From the NCBI GenBank assembly GCA_045598785.1, contig JAZLMR010000035.1, positions 2,091-66,090 on the forward strand: 64,000 nt of DNA, given 5' to 3'. The stretch comes from Kiritimatiellia bacterium. GTDB lineage: Bacteria > Verrucomicrobiota > Kiritimatiellia > RFP12 > UBA1067. The notes beneath the pieces are model-generated. The model did no database searches, was not told the DNA's origin, and saw only the letters and a program-made list of their open reading frames with translations. Shown here in pieces: positions 1 through 9,092 of the stretch (its first letter is position 1; the number at the start of each line of letters is the position of its first letter). A program made the translations under genes and the position numbers.

Positions 1-1084
1 AGTTGACCATGCAGCTCGTGCCCCAGGCGCCGCCATGACCGAACCATTCGTCCTCGCCGTCCTGGACCGGCGCCCACAGCCCCAGCGAATAGCCGCCGAA
101 ATCGTCGCCGTTCGCCTGCTTGCCCAGGGGCCGCGTGGAAACCGCCAGCAACTGCTTGACAGTCTCCTCCTTGAGGATCCGCACCCCGTTGTCGCCCACG
201 CCGAGATTCATCAGCATCTTGTAGAACTTGTACTGGTCGTTAGCCGTAGTCCAAAGCCCCGCGCCCGCCGAGGCAAACACGCGGCTGCGGTCGTTGTAGG
301 GGCGCTGCTGGTTGCCCGCGCAGCTGAGCCAGGTCGGCTTGCCGCCCTTATGGCACTTGTAGAGCTCGACCTGATGCGCAAGCTGCTCGTCCGTCGGCCA
401 GAAGCCGCTTGAAGCCATTCCCAGCGGATCCAGCACCGTCTTCTGCAGGTAATCCTCCCACCGCATGCCGGTAATCACCTCGACCACCGCGGCGCCGATG
501 TCGATGCCGGTATTGGAATACTGCACCCCCGTGCCGGGCTCGAACAGCAGCGGCGAAGCCGCCGCGCAAGCGGCATTCGGCCGCAGCGGCGAGCCACCCG
601 ACCAGCCGCCGGTCGGAACCGCGTCGTTCTTCACCGAGGTCTCGAACGGAAAGCCGCCGGTATGGTTGAGGCACATGCGGACGGTAAGCACGTTCTTCGC
701 CTGCCGCAGCAGCCGGACGCCGTCCCGCTCATAATCGCGCACCCAAAGGGTCTTGAACTCCGGCAGATACTTCGAGACCGGATCGTCCAGGTTGAGCCGG
801 CCCTCTTCGACCAGCTTGGCGATCGTCACCCCGCAGAAGCCCTTGGTCTGCGAGCACTGCATGTAGACGTCGTCGGCAGTGATCTTCCGCTGCGAGCGCG
901 GGTCGGCATAGCCGAGGCAGCACCGCTCCTCGACCCCGTCGCGGTACATGATCGAAATGGCGCCCGGCAAATCGCCGTTGTCGACATAAGGCTGCAGCGC
1001 CTCCGTCATGGTCGCCGTTGCCGCCGGCTGCGGCGCGGCGGCGAAAACGCCGACGGCGAAAATCGCGGAAATCAAGGTGATCAT
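1..1084 (-). CDS. Beta-lactamase/transpeptidase-fold serine hydrolase (partial; C-terminus continues past window start)
   Basis: Minus-strand frame is open from pos 1 up to the ATG at comp(1082..1084). Hand translation gives a signal-like MITLISAIFAVGVFAAAPQPAA, then ...YMQCSQTKGF..., an S-x-x-K active-site motif. Window-start end translates ...FGHGGAWGTSCMVN with no stop, so it is absent from the ORF track. Start overlaps the upstream synthetase stop (ATGA). Confidence 0.6.
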   Translation of the reverse strand, partial: MITLISAIFAVGVFAAAPQPAATATMTEALQPYVDNGDLPGAISIMYRDGVEERCCLGYADPRSQRKITADDVYMQCSQTKGFCGVTIAKLVEEGRLNLDDPVSKYLPEFKTLWVRDYERDGVRLLRQAKNVLTVRMCLNHTGGFPFETSVKNDAVPTGGWSGGSPLRPNAACAAASPLLFEPGTGVQYSNTGIDIGAAVVEVITGMRWEDYLQKTVLDPLGMASSGFWPTDEQLAHQVELYKCHKGGKPTWLSCAGNQQRPYNDRSRVFASAGAGLWTTANDQYKFYKMLMNLGVGDNGVRILKEETVKQLLAVSTRPLGKQANGDDFGGYSLGLWAPVQDGEDEWFGHGGAWGTSCMVN

Positions 1085-2814
1085 GCATTTGGCCATAACT
1101 CGTGTGCCCTTTCCCTTAGTTTGTATTTTTGAATCTTCTGAGAAGCCGTCATCGGAAACTCAGTCACGAAAGTCACACATTTCGGAATCTTGAACCAACT
1201 GATGCGGTCCTTGCAGAATGCCTGCACCGCCTCGGCCGTCAGCTCCGACCCGTCGGCGGGAATGATGAACGCCGCCGGCTGTTCGCCGTATTTCTTTGAC
1301 GGGCAGCCAACCACCGCCACGTCCTTGACCCCGGGCATCGTTCCCAGGAAGTCCTCGACCTCCTTCGGCGAAATGTTCTCTCCGCCGCGGATAATGAGGT
1401 CCTTCAGGCGGCCCGTGATGTAGAAATAGCCGTCGGCATCCATGCGCCCGATGTCGCCGGAATGCAGCCACCCGTTCGCATCGATGCACTTCGCGGTCTG
1501 CTCAGGCATATTGTAATAGCCCTTCATCGTGTTGAACCCGCGGCAGCAGATCTCGCCGTCCTCACCGAGCGGCGCCAACTCGCCGGTCTCAGGCGCGATG
1601 ATCGCCACTTCAACGCCCGGCAGCGCCTGCCCGATCGTCTGGCACTTGCGCTCGATCGACGGCTCGAAGTAGCGCGTCATCGTCATCACCGGCCCGGCCT
1701 CCGTCAGCCCGTAGGGATTGCAGATCTCACGCATGAACATCCGCTCCTGGGCCTGCCGCATGCGATGCACCGGACACGCCGAACCCGACATGATGCCGGT
1801 GCGGAGCGAACTTAAGTCAAACCGGGAGAACTGCGGATGATCCAGCATCGCGATGTACATCGTCGGCACGCCGTAGGTGGCCGTGCAGCGCTCGCGCTCG
1901 ATCGACGCCATAACCTGCACGGGGTCGAACTTCTCCAGAAACACCATCGTCGAGCCGTGGTTGACGCAGCTCATCACCCCGAGCACGCACCCGAAGCAAT
2001 GGAAGAGCGGCACCGGAATGCACACGCGGTCGCGGCAGGTCAGGTTCTGACAGGCCCCGATCCAGAAGCCGTCGTTGCCGATGTTGCGATGCGTCAGCTG
2101 CACACCCTTCGGGAATCCGGTCGTGCCGCTCGTATACTGCATGTTGACGACATCGTCGACTTCGCACTCGGTCTGGCGCCGCACATAGTCCGCCTGCCCG
2201 ACCTCGCACGCCAGCGACTTGACCTCGTTGATGGAATACATGCCGCGGTGCTTCTTGCCGCCCAGGTAAAAAATCCGCTTCAGGTGCGGATACCGCGCGC
2301 TCCGCAGCTCGCCGCGCGGACATTCCTTCAGCTCCGGAATGAGCGAATTGAGCACTTCGATGTAATCGCAGTCGCGATAGCCATCGATCACGAAGAGGTT
2401 CTCGGCCTCGGACTGCGACAGCGCAAAGTCGATCTCATGCGACTTGTAGTTGATGTTGAGCGGCAGCAGGATGGCGCCGATCTTGGCGGTGGCGAACATC
2501 AGCACCACCCAGTGCGGCACGTTGGTCGCCCAAAGCGCCACCTTCTCGCCGCGTTTCACCCCCAGCGCCATCAGACCCTTGGCGACATAATCGACTTCTT
2601 CGGCAAACTCATACCAGGTAAGCCGGTAGTCACGGTCGGCATAGACGACCGCGTCGTTTTCGCCGCAACGCGCCACCGTCTGATCAAGCAGCTGCCCGAG
2701 CGTATATTCCCGGGTAATCGGCACATTGTGCCAGGGCCGCCCGGTGGAAACGGACTGGTCGAACGGCGCCACCGACGGCGCGCTGCCAAAGGGATCTGTC
2801 AGCTTAAAGTTCAT
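1081..2814 (-). CDS. AMP-dependent acyl-CoA synthetase / fatty-acid--CoA ligase
   Basis: 577-aa ORF with the AMP-binding signature YTSGTTGFPKGV and overall adenylate-forming architecture. ATG at comp(2812..2814). A TGGTATAAT extended -10 lies 8 nt upstream. Confidence 0.85.
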   Translation of the reverse strand: MNFKLTDPFGSAPSVAPFDQSVSTGRPWHNVPITREYTLGQLLDQTVARCGENDAVVYADRDYRLTWYEFAEEVDYVAKGLMALGVKRGEKVALWATNVPHWVVLMFATAKIGAILLPLNINYKSHEIDFALSQSEAENLFVIDGYRDCDYIEVLNSLIPELKECPRGELRSARYPHLKRIFYLGGKKHRGMYSINEVKSLACEVGQADYVRRQTECEVDDVVNMQYTSGTTGFPKGVQLTHRNIGNDGFWIGACQNLTCRDRVCIPVPLFHCFGCVLGVMSCVNHGSTMVFLEKFDPVQVMASIERERCTATYGVPTMYIAMLDHPQFSRFDLSSLRTGIMSGSACPVHRMRQAQERMFMREICNPYGLTEAGPVMTMTRYFEPSIERKCQTIGQALPGVEVAIIAPETGELAPLGEDGEICCRGFNTMKGYYNMPEQTAKCIDANGWLHSGDIGRMDADGYFYITGRLKDLIIRGGENISPKEVEDFLGTMPGVKDVAVVGCPSKKYGEQPAAFIIPADGSELTAEAVQAFCKDRISWFKIPKCVTFVTEFPMTASQKIQKYKLRERAHELWPNA

Positions 2815-2822
2815 TTTGGGGT

Positions 2823-2831
2823 ATTATACCA
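2823..2831 (-). promoter_or_regulatory. Extended -10 promoter element (TGGTATAAT) for the acyl-CoA synthetase; predicted leaderless transcript
   Basis: Minus-strand sequence cgTGGTATAATaccccaaaATG. The -10 hexamer ends 8 nt before the ATG, so the start site is predicted at or within 2 nt of the start codon. Confidence 0.45.
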
Positions 2832-2839
2832 CGATTTTA

Positions 2840-2894
2840 GTGTCCATAAAACCGAGAAAAGAGGTCAGACCTCTAATCCTGATTTTATGGACAC
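2840..2894 (-). other. Perfect 12-bp inverted repeat (GTGTCCATAAAA / TTTTATGGACAC) with a 31-nt loop containing a nested GAGGTC-a-GACCTC hairpin; candidate terminator or operator between lpxK and the synthetase
   Basis: Read directly: 2840-2851 gtgtccataaaa, 2883-2894 ttttatggacac (exact reverse complements). Inner palindrome gaggtcagacctc at 2861-2873. No strong U-tract follows. Confidence 0.5.
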
Positions 2895-2898
2895 GCTT

Positions 2899-4071
2899 TC
2901 AGTGACGCCGGAAGCAGATGCGGTTGATGATTTCGGCGAAGCTCTCGCCGCCGGCCAGAATCTCAATGGCAATGCGCAGGTAAAGGCACTTGACCGGCGA
3001 AGTCTCGAGCCGCGGAAAGCGAACCGCGTCCTTCTCCGTCGTGATCAACGCTTCCGCGCCCTCGTCCGCCGTCCGGTTGAGCGCGTAGAGCACTTCCCGC
3101 GCATCATAGCGGTGATGGTCGGCATAGCGGTCGCACCACACGACCTTGGCGCCCAGGCGCCGGAGGGAATTCTCAAACCCCTTGGGCGAGGCGATGCCGG
3201 CGAGCGTGCAGGTGGTCTTGCCCTGCAGCCAGCTGAGCGGATACTCCTCGCGGCTCCAGACATCCTTCAGCGACTTCGGGGTATGATTGCACTCGACGAT
3301 CTCGGCCGTCTGGTTGTAACGGCGAATCTGCGCCTTGACCGCGCTGACATCGCCGCGGCACTTGGTGAGGAAGATGATGTCCGCCCGCTTCAGGTTGCGG
3401 ACCGGCTCGCGCAGGATGCCGCGCGGCAGCAGGTGGCCGTTGCCGAAGGGATTGGTGGAATCGACCAGCACCACCTCGATCGAGTGCTTGAGCTTCTGAT
3501 ACTGAAAGCCGTCGTCCAGAATGAGCGTGTCACAGCCGAGGCGCTTGATCGCATACCGCCCGGCCTTCACGCGGTTGCGGTCGACAACTACCGCCACCCC
3601 CGGCAAGTTCGAAGCGAGCATATAGGGCTCGTCGCCGCCCGTCGCGGAATCCAGCAGCACCCGCTTGCCGTCGGACACCACCAGCGGCGGCTCGATGACC
3701 TGGGTGAAGATCCGCTGCCACCAGGGCGCCTCCTGGCGCCGATAGCCGCGGGAGAGAATCGCGACCTTGCGCCCCTCCGCCGCCAGCGTCCGGGCGAAAA
3801 TCTCCGTCACCGGCGTCTTGCCGGTGCCGCCAGCGGTGACATTGCCGATGGATATGACCTGAATGCCCAGCGGGTAGCGGCGGATCAGCCCCACGCGATA
3901 CAGGAAATAGCGAATGCCTACCACCGCCGCGAACAAACCGCTGACCACGGTCAGAAACCCGAGCAGCAACCGAATCGACGAAGGCTGGTCCTGATCGGCG
4001 CCGGGCTCCTGGATCAGCTTGACGAGATAGTTCTCCAGCCGTTCGAACCCGCTCTGCTTGGCCTTGCGCAT
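2899..4071 (-). CDS. lpxK: Tetraacyldisaccharide 4'-kinase (lipid A biosynthesis)
   Basis: 390-aa ORF with the LpxK P-loop [14 protein letters not shown] and an N-terminal membrane helix. Size and architecture fit LpxK. Adjacent to lptD. Confidence 0.85.
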   Translation of the reverse strand: MRKAKQSGFERLENYLVKLIQEPGADQDQPSSIRLLLGFLTVVSGLFAAVVGIRYFLYRVGLIRRYPLGIQVISIGNVTAGGTGKTPVTEIFARTLAAEGRKVAILSRGYRRQEAPWWQRIFTQVIEPPLVVSDGKRVLLDSATGGDEPYMLASNLPGVAVVVDRNRVKAGRYAIKRLGCDTLILDDGFQYQKLKHSIEVVLVDSTNPFGNGHLLPRGILREPVRNLKRADIIFLTKCRGDVSAVKAQIRRYNQTAEIVECNHTPKSLKDVWSREEYPLSWLQGKTTCTLAGIASPKGFENSLRRLGAKVVWCDRYADHHRYDAREVLYALNRTADEGAEALITTEKDAVRFPRLETSPVKCLYLRIAIEILAGGESFAEIINRICFRRH

Positions 4072-4076
4072 CGTCG

Positions 4077-6320
4077 TCAGTCGGTGAAGATACTGCTGGC
4101 CGCCGGCCCAAACGCCCGCAGATAGATGAAGAACCCGATCGTCCAGTCCTCGTCATGCGAATAACCGTTGATCATCGTATACTCGTTCTCGTACTGGACG
4201 GTAAGCCGGAAACCGAGGCAGTCGGTCAGATAGTCGAACCAGGCGCCGACGCAATCGAGCGAATTGTCGCGAAAGTCCCAACGGACGAACGGACTCCAGG
4301 CAAACCAGTCCAGCGGCTGCTGGGTGCACTCGATGAGCAGGTTGTGGCATTTGACATCGTTAAAATCATCCGACTGCATCTGCTCGGGACTAAAGGGAGC
4401 GGAAGCGAAATCCCAATACCGATAATCGCGCATCACGTAGCGGACATTATATTGAAAATCCTTGGAAACCACCTGCTTGAAGCCAAAGTCGGCCACTGCC
4501 AGCCGATTGTTGTCGGCATCATATTCGCAACGGGCCATCAGCATCAGGTCATCGCTCGGCTGCCACCGCAGCCGTGCTCCCGGCGCAAACGAACAGTCCT
4601 GCTCGGCATAGGGGGAACAATCCCGGTCCGGCAGCCGATGGTGTTCGTTGGCGAGCGTATACGAGGCCGGATTGAACTGCAACGCCGCATAGATGTCAAG
4701 ATCCACCACGCGACCAAGCCGCCCGCGGCCATCCACCTGACTCCAAGCGTTGCGCCAGCCCGGCGTAACCCCGTAGTAAGTATAAGGCAAGCTGCGCCCG
4801 CGACCGGCGAACTGATCCTCCCACATCTGGGTGGCGTCGAGATTGTCAAACACATACGGGCGATTATTATCGCCAGTACCGCCCCAATAGGCCTGCTGGG
4901 CCAGCACGTCCAGATAAGGCTCGGTCAAATGTCGCCAGCGCTCGTTCACCCACGCGCTGCCGCGAGCGGCAAAGGTAACTCCGCCTTCCAGAATCGACCG
5001 CTGCACCGCCGCAGCATCATACGCGCAATCCCAACCGTCCGAACGGTCCGTCTGCCCGCTCTGACTCCAAAAGGTGCCGCGATAGCCAATGCGCGGCACC
5101 ACCGCCACCACCTCGTCAAAAGTGCGGAACGGCAAAGTCAGCCGATGGTAGGTGTCAAGGCGAAAGGCGTCGTAATCCGCCCAACGCCCGGGGTTGTAGG
5201 CATAGGCGCTGAAGATGTTGCCGTTGCCGTTGACCGCAGGATCGCGCTTCAGATACCCGATGCGGTTCTCCGACTCGTAGTTGACCGGCAGCCCCCATAA
5301 CGGTTGGGGATGAACGTCAAGATAGAATTCCGGCAACCGGCTCGTCGAACCGTAGAAGTCGTTCAGCCGCCCCGACACCTCAGCGCCGACCGCGAAAGCG
5401 TTTTCCAGATGTTCCCAAAAGACGCCGTTGCCATTGTGCCCGAGCCACTGGCTCTTGGCGTTGAACAAAGTGCGCCGCAAAAAGTCGCTTTGAAAATACG
5501 AATCCGAAAAGTAACTACCCTGCACTCGCACCCGATCGCGCTCGGTCAAGTCCAGCTGATGCTCGAAGCTGAAGCCATAGCGATGCTCTTCGAGGTCACT
5601 GCCCCAGAAGTCGCGATCCCACTGCTTGCCGTAGGCATTGTTCCACGACTGATCCTTGGCCTCCTGATCCCAGGCATAGTACACGCGGAACTTGCCCTCG
5701 CCGAATCGTCCCAACCCCCAGTTGACATCTTCGCCGAAGGCCAAGCCCTGGCGCTCGCGCAGATCAAAGCGCGTCGCCGCCGCCAGCCACGGTGCCTGCT
5801 CGCTATGCGCGGGATCGCCTAACAGATGATACGAGTACTTCGTGAGCAGGTAAGCCCCCCAATGCCCCATATAGCCCGGCATCCAGCTGAACCCGCAGTC
5901 GGTTTCCAGCGGATAGTAGAAATAGGGCAGATAGAAAACCGGCAACTCGTAGAAATGCAGCCAGACGTTCCGCAGAATCACGCAGTCGCGGTCATGGTAT
6001 TCCAATTCGCCGGTCACATTCCAGTGCGTGTGGCCGACTTCATTGGTACAGGTGGTGACGCAAGTCGGGTCCGCAAACAGCAAAGTGCCGTCGGCGCGGC
6101 GGACCAGACTTTCGGAACGCATTGAAACCGGATGCGAAACCGCATGGACATGGCCGGTCGCATGGGTTGCATGCGTATTCATGTCCACCGCAATCCGATC
6201 GGCGGTGAACTTCAGTTCCGATTTCCCGGCCTCGCCTTCGCCGACCGACTCCGGTTGCCCGGCCGCCAGAAGCGTCACGCCGAGGAAAAGCCCGCCGGCA
6301 GAAAAGATAAGGGATCTCAT
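4077..6320 (-). CDS. lptD: LPS-assembly outer-membrane protein LptD (OstA family)
   Basis: 747 aa with a signal peptide and an aromatic-rich predicted beta-barrel. C-terminal segment ...TDCLGFRLTVQYENEY...DWTIGFFIYLRAFG parallels the E. coli LptD C-terminal pattern (...CCYAIRVGYERKL...NAIGFNIELRGLS), recalled from memory. Adjacent to lpxK. 4-nt ATGA overlap with the rng stop. Confidence 0.65.
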   Translation of the reverse strand: MRSLIFSAGGLFLGVTLLAAGQPESVGEGEAGKSELKFTADRIAVDMNTHATHATGHVHAVSHPVSMRSESLVRRADGTLLFADPTCVTTCTNEVGHTHWNVTGELEYHDRDCVILRNVWLHFYELPVFYLPYFYYPLETDCGFSWMPGYMGHWGAYLLTKYSYHLLGDPAHSEQAPWLAAATRFDLRERQGLAFGEDVNWGLGRFGEGKFRVYYAWDQEAKDQSWNNAYGKQWDRDFWGSDLEEHRYGFSFEHQLDLTERDRVRVQGSYFSDSYFQSDFLRRTLFNAKSQWLGHNGNGVFWEHLENAFAVGAEVSGRLNDFYGSTSRLPEFYLDVHPQPLWGLPVNYESENRIGYLKRDPAVNGNGNIFSAYAYNPGRWADYDAFRLDTYHRLTLPFRTFDEVVAVVPRIGYRGTFWSQSGQTDRSDGWDCAYDAAAVQRSILEGGVTFAARGSAWVNERWRHLTEPYLDVLAQQAYWGGTGDNNRPYVFDNLDATQMWEDQFAGRGRSLPYTYYGVTPGWRNAWSQVDGRGRLGRVVDLDIYAALQFNPASYTLANEHHRLPDRDCSPYAEQDCSFAPGARLRWQPSDDLMLMARCEYDADNNRLAVADFGFKQVVSKDFQYNVRYVMRDYRYWDFASAPFSPEQMQSDDFNDVKCHNLLIECTQQPLDWFAWSPFVRWDFRDNSLDCVGAWFDYLTDCLGFRLTVQYENEYTMINGYSHDEDWTIGFFIYLRAFGPAASSIFTD

Positions 6321-7930
6321 GTCTGAGAGTATAGCACTTGCGAGGTCGCCGCGTCCAGTATCGCGAACGATTCCGGATGGCGGTGCAGTTCCGAAACGAA
6401 GGTAAGGCGCGTGTTGTAGTCCTTCTGGATGCCGGCCAGAATCGCACTGTCCTCCGTACGCAGGCGCTGCATCACCTGCGGCGCAATCACGATCTTCGGT
6501 TCAAACGGCTGCTTGCCGGCCTCGGCCTTGCGCAACAGGGCAATCAGCTGCCGCTGAATCTCAATCGAAATCGCCATCGGCGACTTGACCACCCCATGCC
6601 CGTGGCAATAGGGGCAGGCGGAGGTGAGCTGCGAAAGAATCGACTGGTCCTGCCGCTGACGCGACATCTCCAGCAACCCGAGCTCGGAAATGTCCAGCAC
6701 GTTGGTGCGTGCGCGGTCACGCTTGAGCGCGTCCTTGAGCGCGCGGCAGACTTCGCGCTGATGCTTGCGGCTCTTCATGTCGATGAGATCGAGAATGACC
6801 AGCCCGCCGATGTTGCGCAGACGCAACTGCCGCGCGACTTCGTCGACCGCCTCCAGGTTCACCTCGCGGATCGCCTCCTCCTGGCTGCCCTTGCCCTTGT
6901 AGTGGCCGGTATTGACGTCGACGGCGATGAGCGCCTCGGTTTCGTCAATCACCAAGTAGCCGCCGGACTTGAGCGGCACCTGCCGCGCAAAGGCGTCCTT
7001 GAGCTGCCGCTCGACGCCATAGTGGTCGAAGATGCCGTTGAGCCCGTCAAAGCGGTGGATCTTCGCGCGGGCGCGGCGGGAAATGCGGGCGGTGACCTCA
7101 CGCATCGACTCATAGCTCTTCGCGTCGTCGATGACGATCGCGTCCACGTCTTCCGTCAGCCAGTCGCGGATGACGCGCTCGCACAGATCCGGCTCCTGGA
7201 AAATGCAGCAGGGCGTGCGCAAATTGCGGACATTGCCCTGCATCTCGTTCCAGACCGCCAGCAGATTGCGCAGGTCGCGCGCAAACGCCCGCGCCGTGGC
7301 GCCCTGCCCGACCGTACGCACGACCAGCCCGACGTTCTCCGGCAGCGGCAGCCGGTCGAGGATCTTCTTCAGCCGCTTGCGCTCGGCGGCGTCGCCGATC
7401 TTCTTGGACACGCCCCGGATCTTGGTGCCGGGCATCATCACCAGATAGCGCCCCGGAATGGACAGGTTGGCGGTGACCCGCGGACCCTTGGTGGAAATCG
7501 GCCCCTTGGTGACCTGGACGATGATCTCCGATCCCGGCGGAAAACGCTTGGCGATCTCCTCGTCGGACAAGCGGTTGGACTTGCGCCCGCCCTTCTGCCC
7601 GCCGCGGCTACGCGCGTCGTCGTCATCGTCCAGCAGCGCATCGGCATCGGGCGTCAGGTCCCAGTAGTGCAGAAAGGCGTTTTTCTTCAATCCGATGTCC
7701 ACGAACGCGGCCTGGAGGTCGTTTTCCAGATTCTGGATCCGCCCCTTGAAAACGCTGCCCACCAGTCGCTCCGACTCCGGATGCTCGACCATGAACTCCT
7801 CCAGCCGGCCGTTTTCCAGCACGGCGACGCGAGTTTCCAGCTTCTCGACGTTGATGACGATCTCGCGTTTCAGATGCGAGCGTCGGAACAGTTTGCCGAT
7901 CTTCTCGACGGCATTGGTTATGACTCCCAT
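6317..7930 (-). CDS. rng: Ribonuclease E/G family endoribonuclease (RNase G-sized)
   Basis: 537 aa with an N-terminal S1 domain (VGSVFKGRIQNLENDLQAAFVDIG) followed by the RNase E/G catalytic core. Too short for full RNase E. Confidence 0.8.
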   Translation of the reverse strand: MGVITNAVEKIGKLFRRSHLKREIVINVEKLETRVAVLENGRLEEFMVEHPESERLVGSVFKGRIQNLENDLQAAFVDIGLKKNAFLHYWDLTPDADALLDDDDDARSRGGQKGGRKSNRLSDEEIAKRFPPGSEIIVQVTKGPISTKGPRVTANLSIPGRYLVMMPGTKIRGVSKKIGDAAERKRLKKILDRLPLPENVGLVVRTVGQGATARAFARDLRNLLAVWNEMQGNVRNLRTPCCIFQEPDLCERVIRDWLTEDVDAIVIDDAKSYESMREVTARISRRARAKIHRFDGLNGIFDHYGVERQLKDAFARQVPLKSGGYLVIDETEALIAVDVNTGHYKGKGSQEEAIREVNLEAVDEVARQLRLRNIGGLVILDLIDMKSRKHQREVCRALKDALKRDRARTNVLDISELGLLEMSRQRQDQSILSQLTSACPYCHGHGVVKSPMAISIEIQRQLIALLRKAEAGKQPFEPKIVIAPQVMQRLRTEDSAILAGIQKDYNTRLTFVSELHRHPESFAILDAATSQVLYSQT

Positions 7931-7931
7931 G

Positions 7932-9092
7932 TTAACTTTTCTCCTCTCTGTGAATGGATATGCTTTGAACTAAACCCAGTCCGCACAGCACCGTCAGCAA
8001 GAAGGTGCGTCCGGACGAGACAAATGGCAGCGGCAAGCCCGTAATGGGCACCAGCCCGATGGACATCGCGATGTTGACATAGACATGCGCAAACAGCAGC
8101 GTAGTCATGCCCAGCGCCAAAAGCCGCCCGCGGGCATCGGTGGCGACGAAGGCAATGCGGCACCCCGAAAGCAGCAGCAGCGCGAAGATCGCGAGCAGCG
8201 CCACCGAACCGACATAGCCGGTCTCCTCGGCGTAGACGCAGAAAATGAAGTCGTTCATCGAAATCGCCTGCGGCAGATACTTGAGATGGTTAGACTCGCC
8301 CTTGCCGATGCCCTTGCCGCGCAGCCCGCCCGAGCCGATGGAGATCTTCGCCTGCTTGAGATTGTAGCCCGCGTTGCGCGCGTCGCGCTCGGGAAACAGG
8401 AAAGTCTCGACCCGCTTCAGCTGATGCGGCCGGAGCGGCACCCAAGTCAGGATCTGCTCCCGGCGCGCATCGCTCACGCCCGGCTTTTCCGCCTCATAGA
8501 CCGCCCCCAGCACCGTTAGCGCCGCCACCATGCCGACGGCCACGATAGTCACCAGCCCCTTGCGCCACACCCCCGCCGCGAAGAGCATGACCGCCGCCGC
8601 CGGCACCAGCGTCAGCGTGGTTCCGAGATCGGGCTCGGCCAGAATCAGCGCCGCTGGCACCCCGACCAGCGCCACCGCCAGCAAGGCCCCGCTTATGCCG
8701 CGCCAACGCGCGGCCCCCACCCCGCCATAGACGACCGCCAGCAGCATCAGCACCGCCAACTTCGAGATTTCGCTCGGCTGGAAGAACCCGAGCCAGCGCC
8801 GGCCCCCGTAAACGGTCGCGCCGAAAAACAGCACCGCGACCAGACAGGCGAGCGCCACCGCATACGCCGGGATCGCCAGCAGATTCAGATAGCGCCGGTA
8901 GTCAGTAAACGCCAGCGCCCCGTAGACCAGCAACCCGAAAGCCGCGGCCGTGAGATTGGCCTGCCACATCGAATGGAAGATCGCCTCGGACCGGGCGTTG
9001 CCGGCCGACCAGATCGACACCGTGCCCACGGCGATCAGCGCCAACGTCGCCAGGAAGGACAGGTAGTCAAAGCGCTTGAGCTTACCGATCAT
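7932..9092 (-). CDS. rodA: Rod-shape-determining protein RodA (SEDS-family peptidoglycan glycosyltransferase)
   Basis: 386 aa, polytopic membrane protein of the FtsW/RodA/SpoVE family. Immediately downstream of the PBP2 gene with an 11-nt overlap, the classic mrdA-mrdB arrangement. Confidence 0.85.
   Translation of the reverse strand: MIGKLKRFDYLSFLATLALIAVGTVSIWSAGNARSEAIFHSMWQANLTAAAFGLLVYGALAFTDYRRYLNLLAIPAYAVALACLVAVLFFGATVYGGRRWLGFFQPSEISKLAVLMLLAVVYGGVGAARWRGISGALLAVALVGVPAALILAEPDLGTTLTLVPAAAVMLFAAGVWRKGLVTIVAVGMVAALTVLGAVYEAEKPGVSDARREQILTWVPLRPHQLKRVETFLFPERDARNAGYNLKQAKISIGSGGLRGKGIGKGESNHLKYLPQAISMNDFIFCVYAEETGYVGSVALLAIFALLLLSGCRIAFVATDARGRLLALGMTTLLFAHVYVNIAMSIGLVPITGLPLPFVSSGRTFLLTVLCGLGLVQSISIHREEKS

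Noticed and set aside
2571-3361. Small nested minus/plus ORFs (e.g. 2571..2789, 3045..3263, 3173..3361) and dozens of similar 60-150-aa ORFs throughout
   Set aside because: They are alternative frames inside well-supported genes, with R/P/S/A-rich low-complexity translations typical of high-GC out-of-frame reads.
1837-4125. 762-aa plus-strand ORF spanning the synthetase/lpxK region; also 6338..8044 (+) opposite rng
   Set aside because: They overlap two unrelated, well-supported minus-strand genes and the intergenic hairpin. Low-complexity translation.
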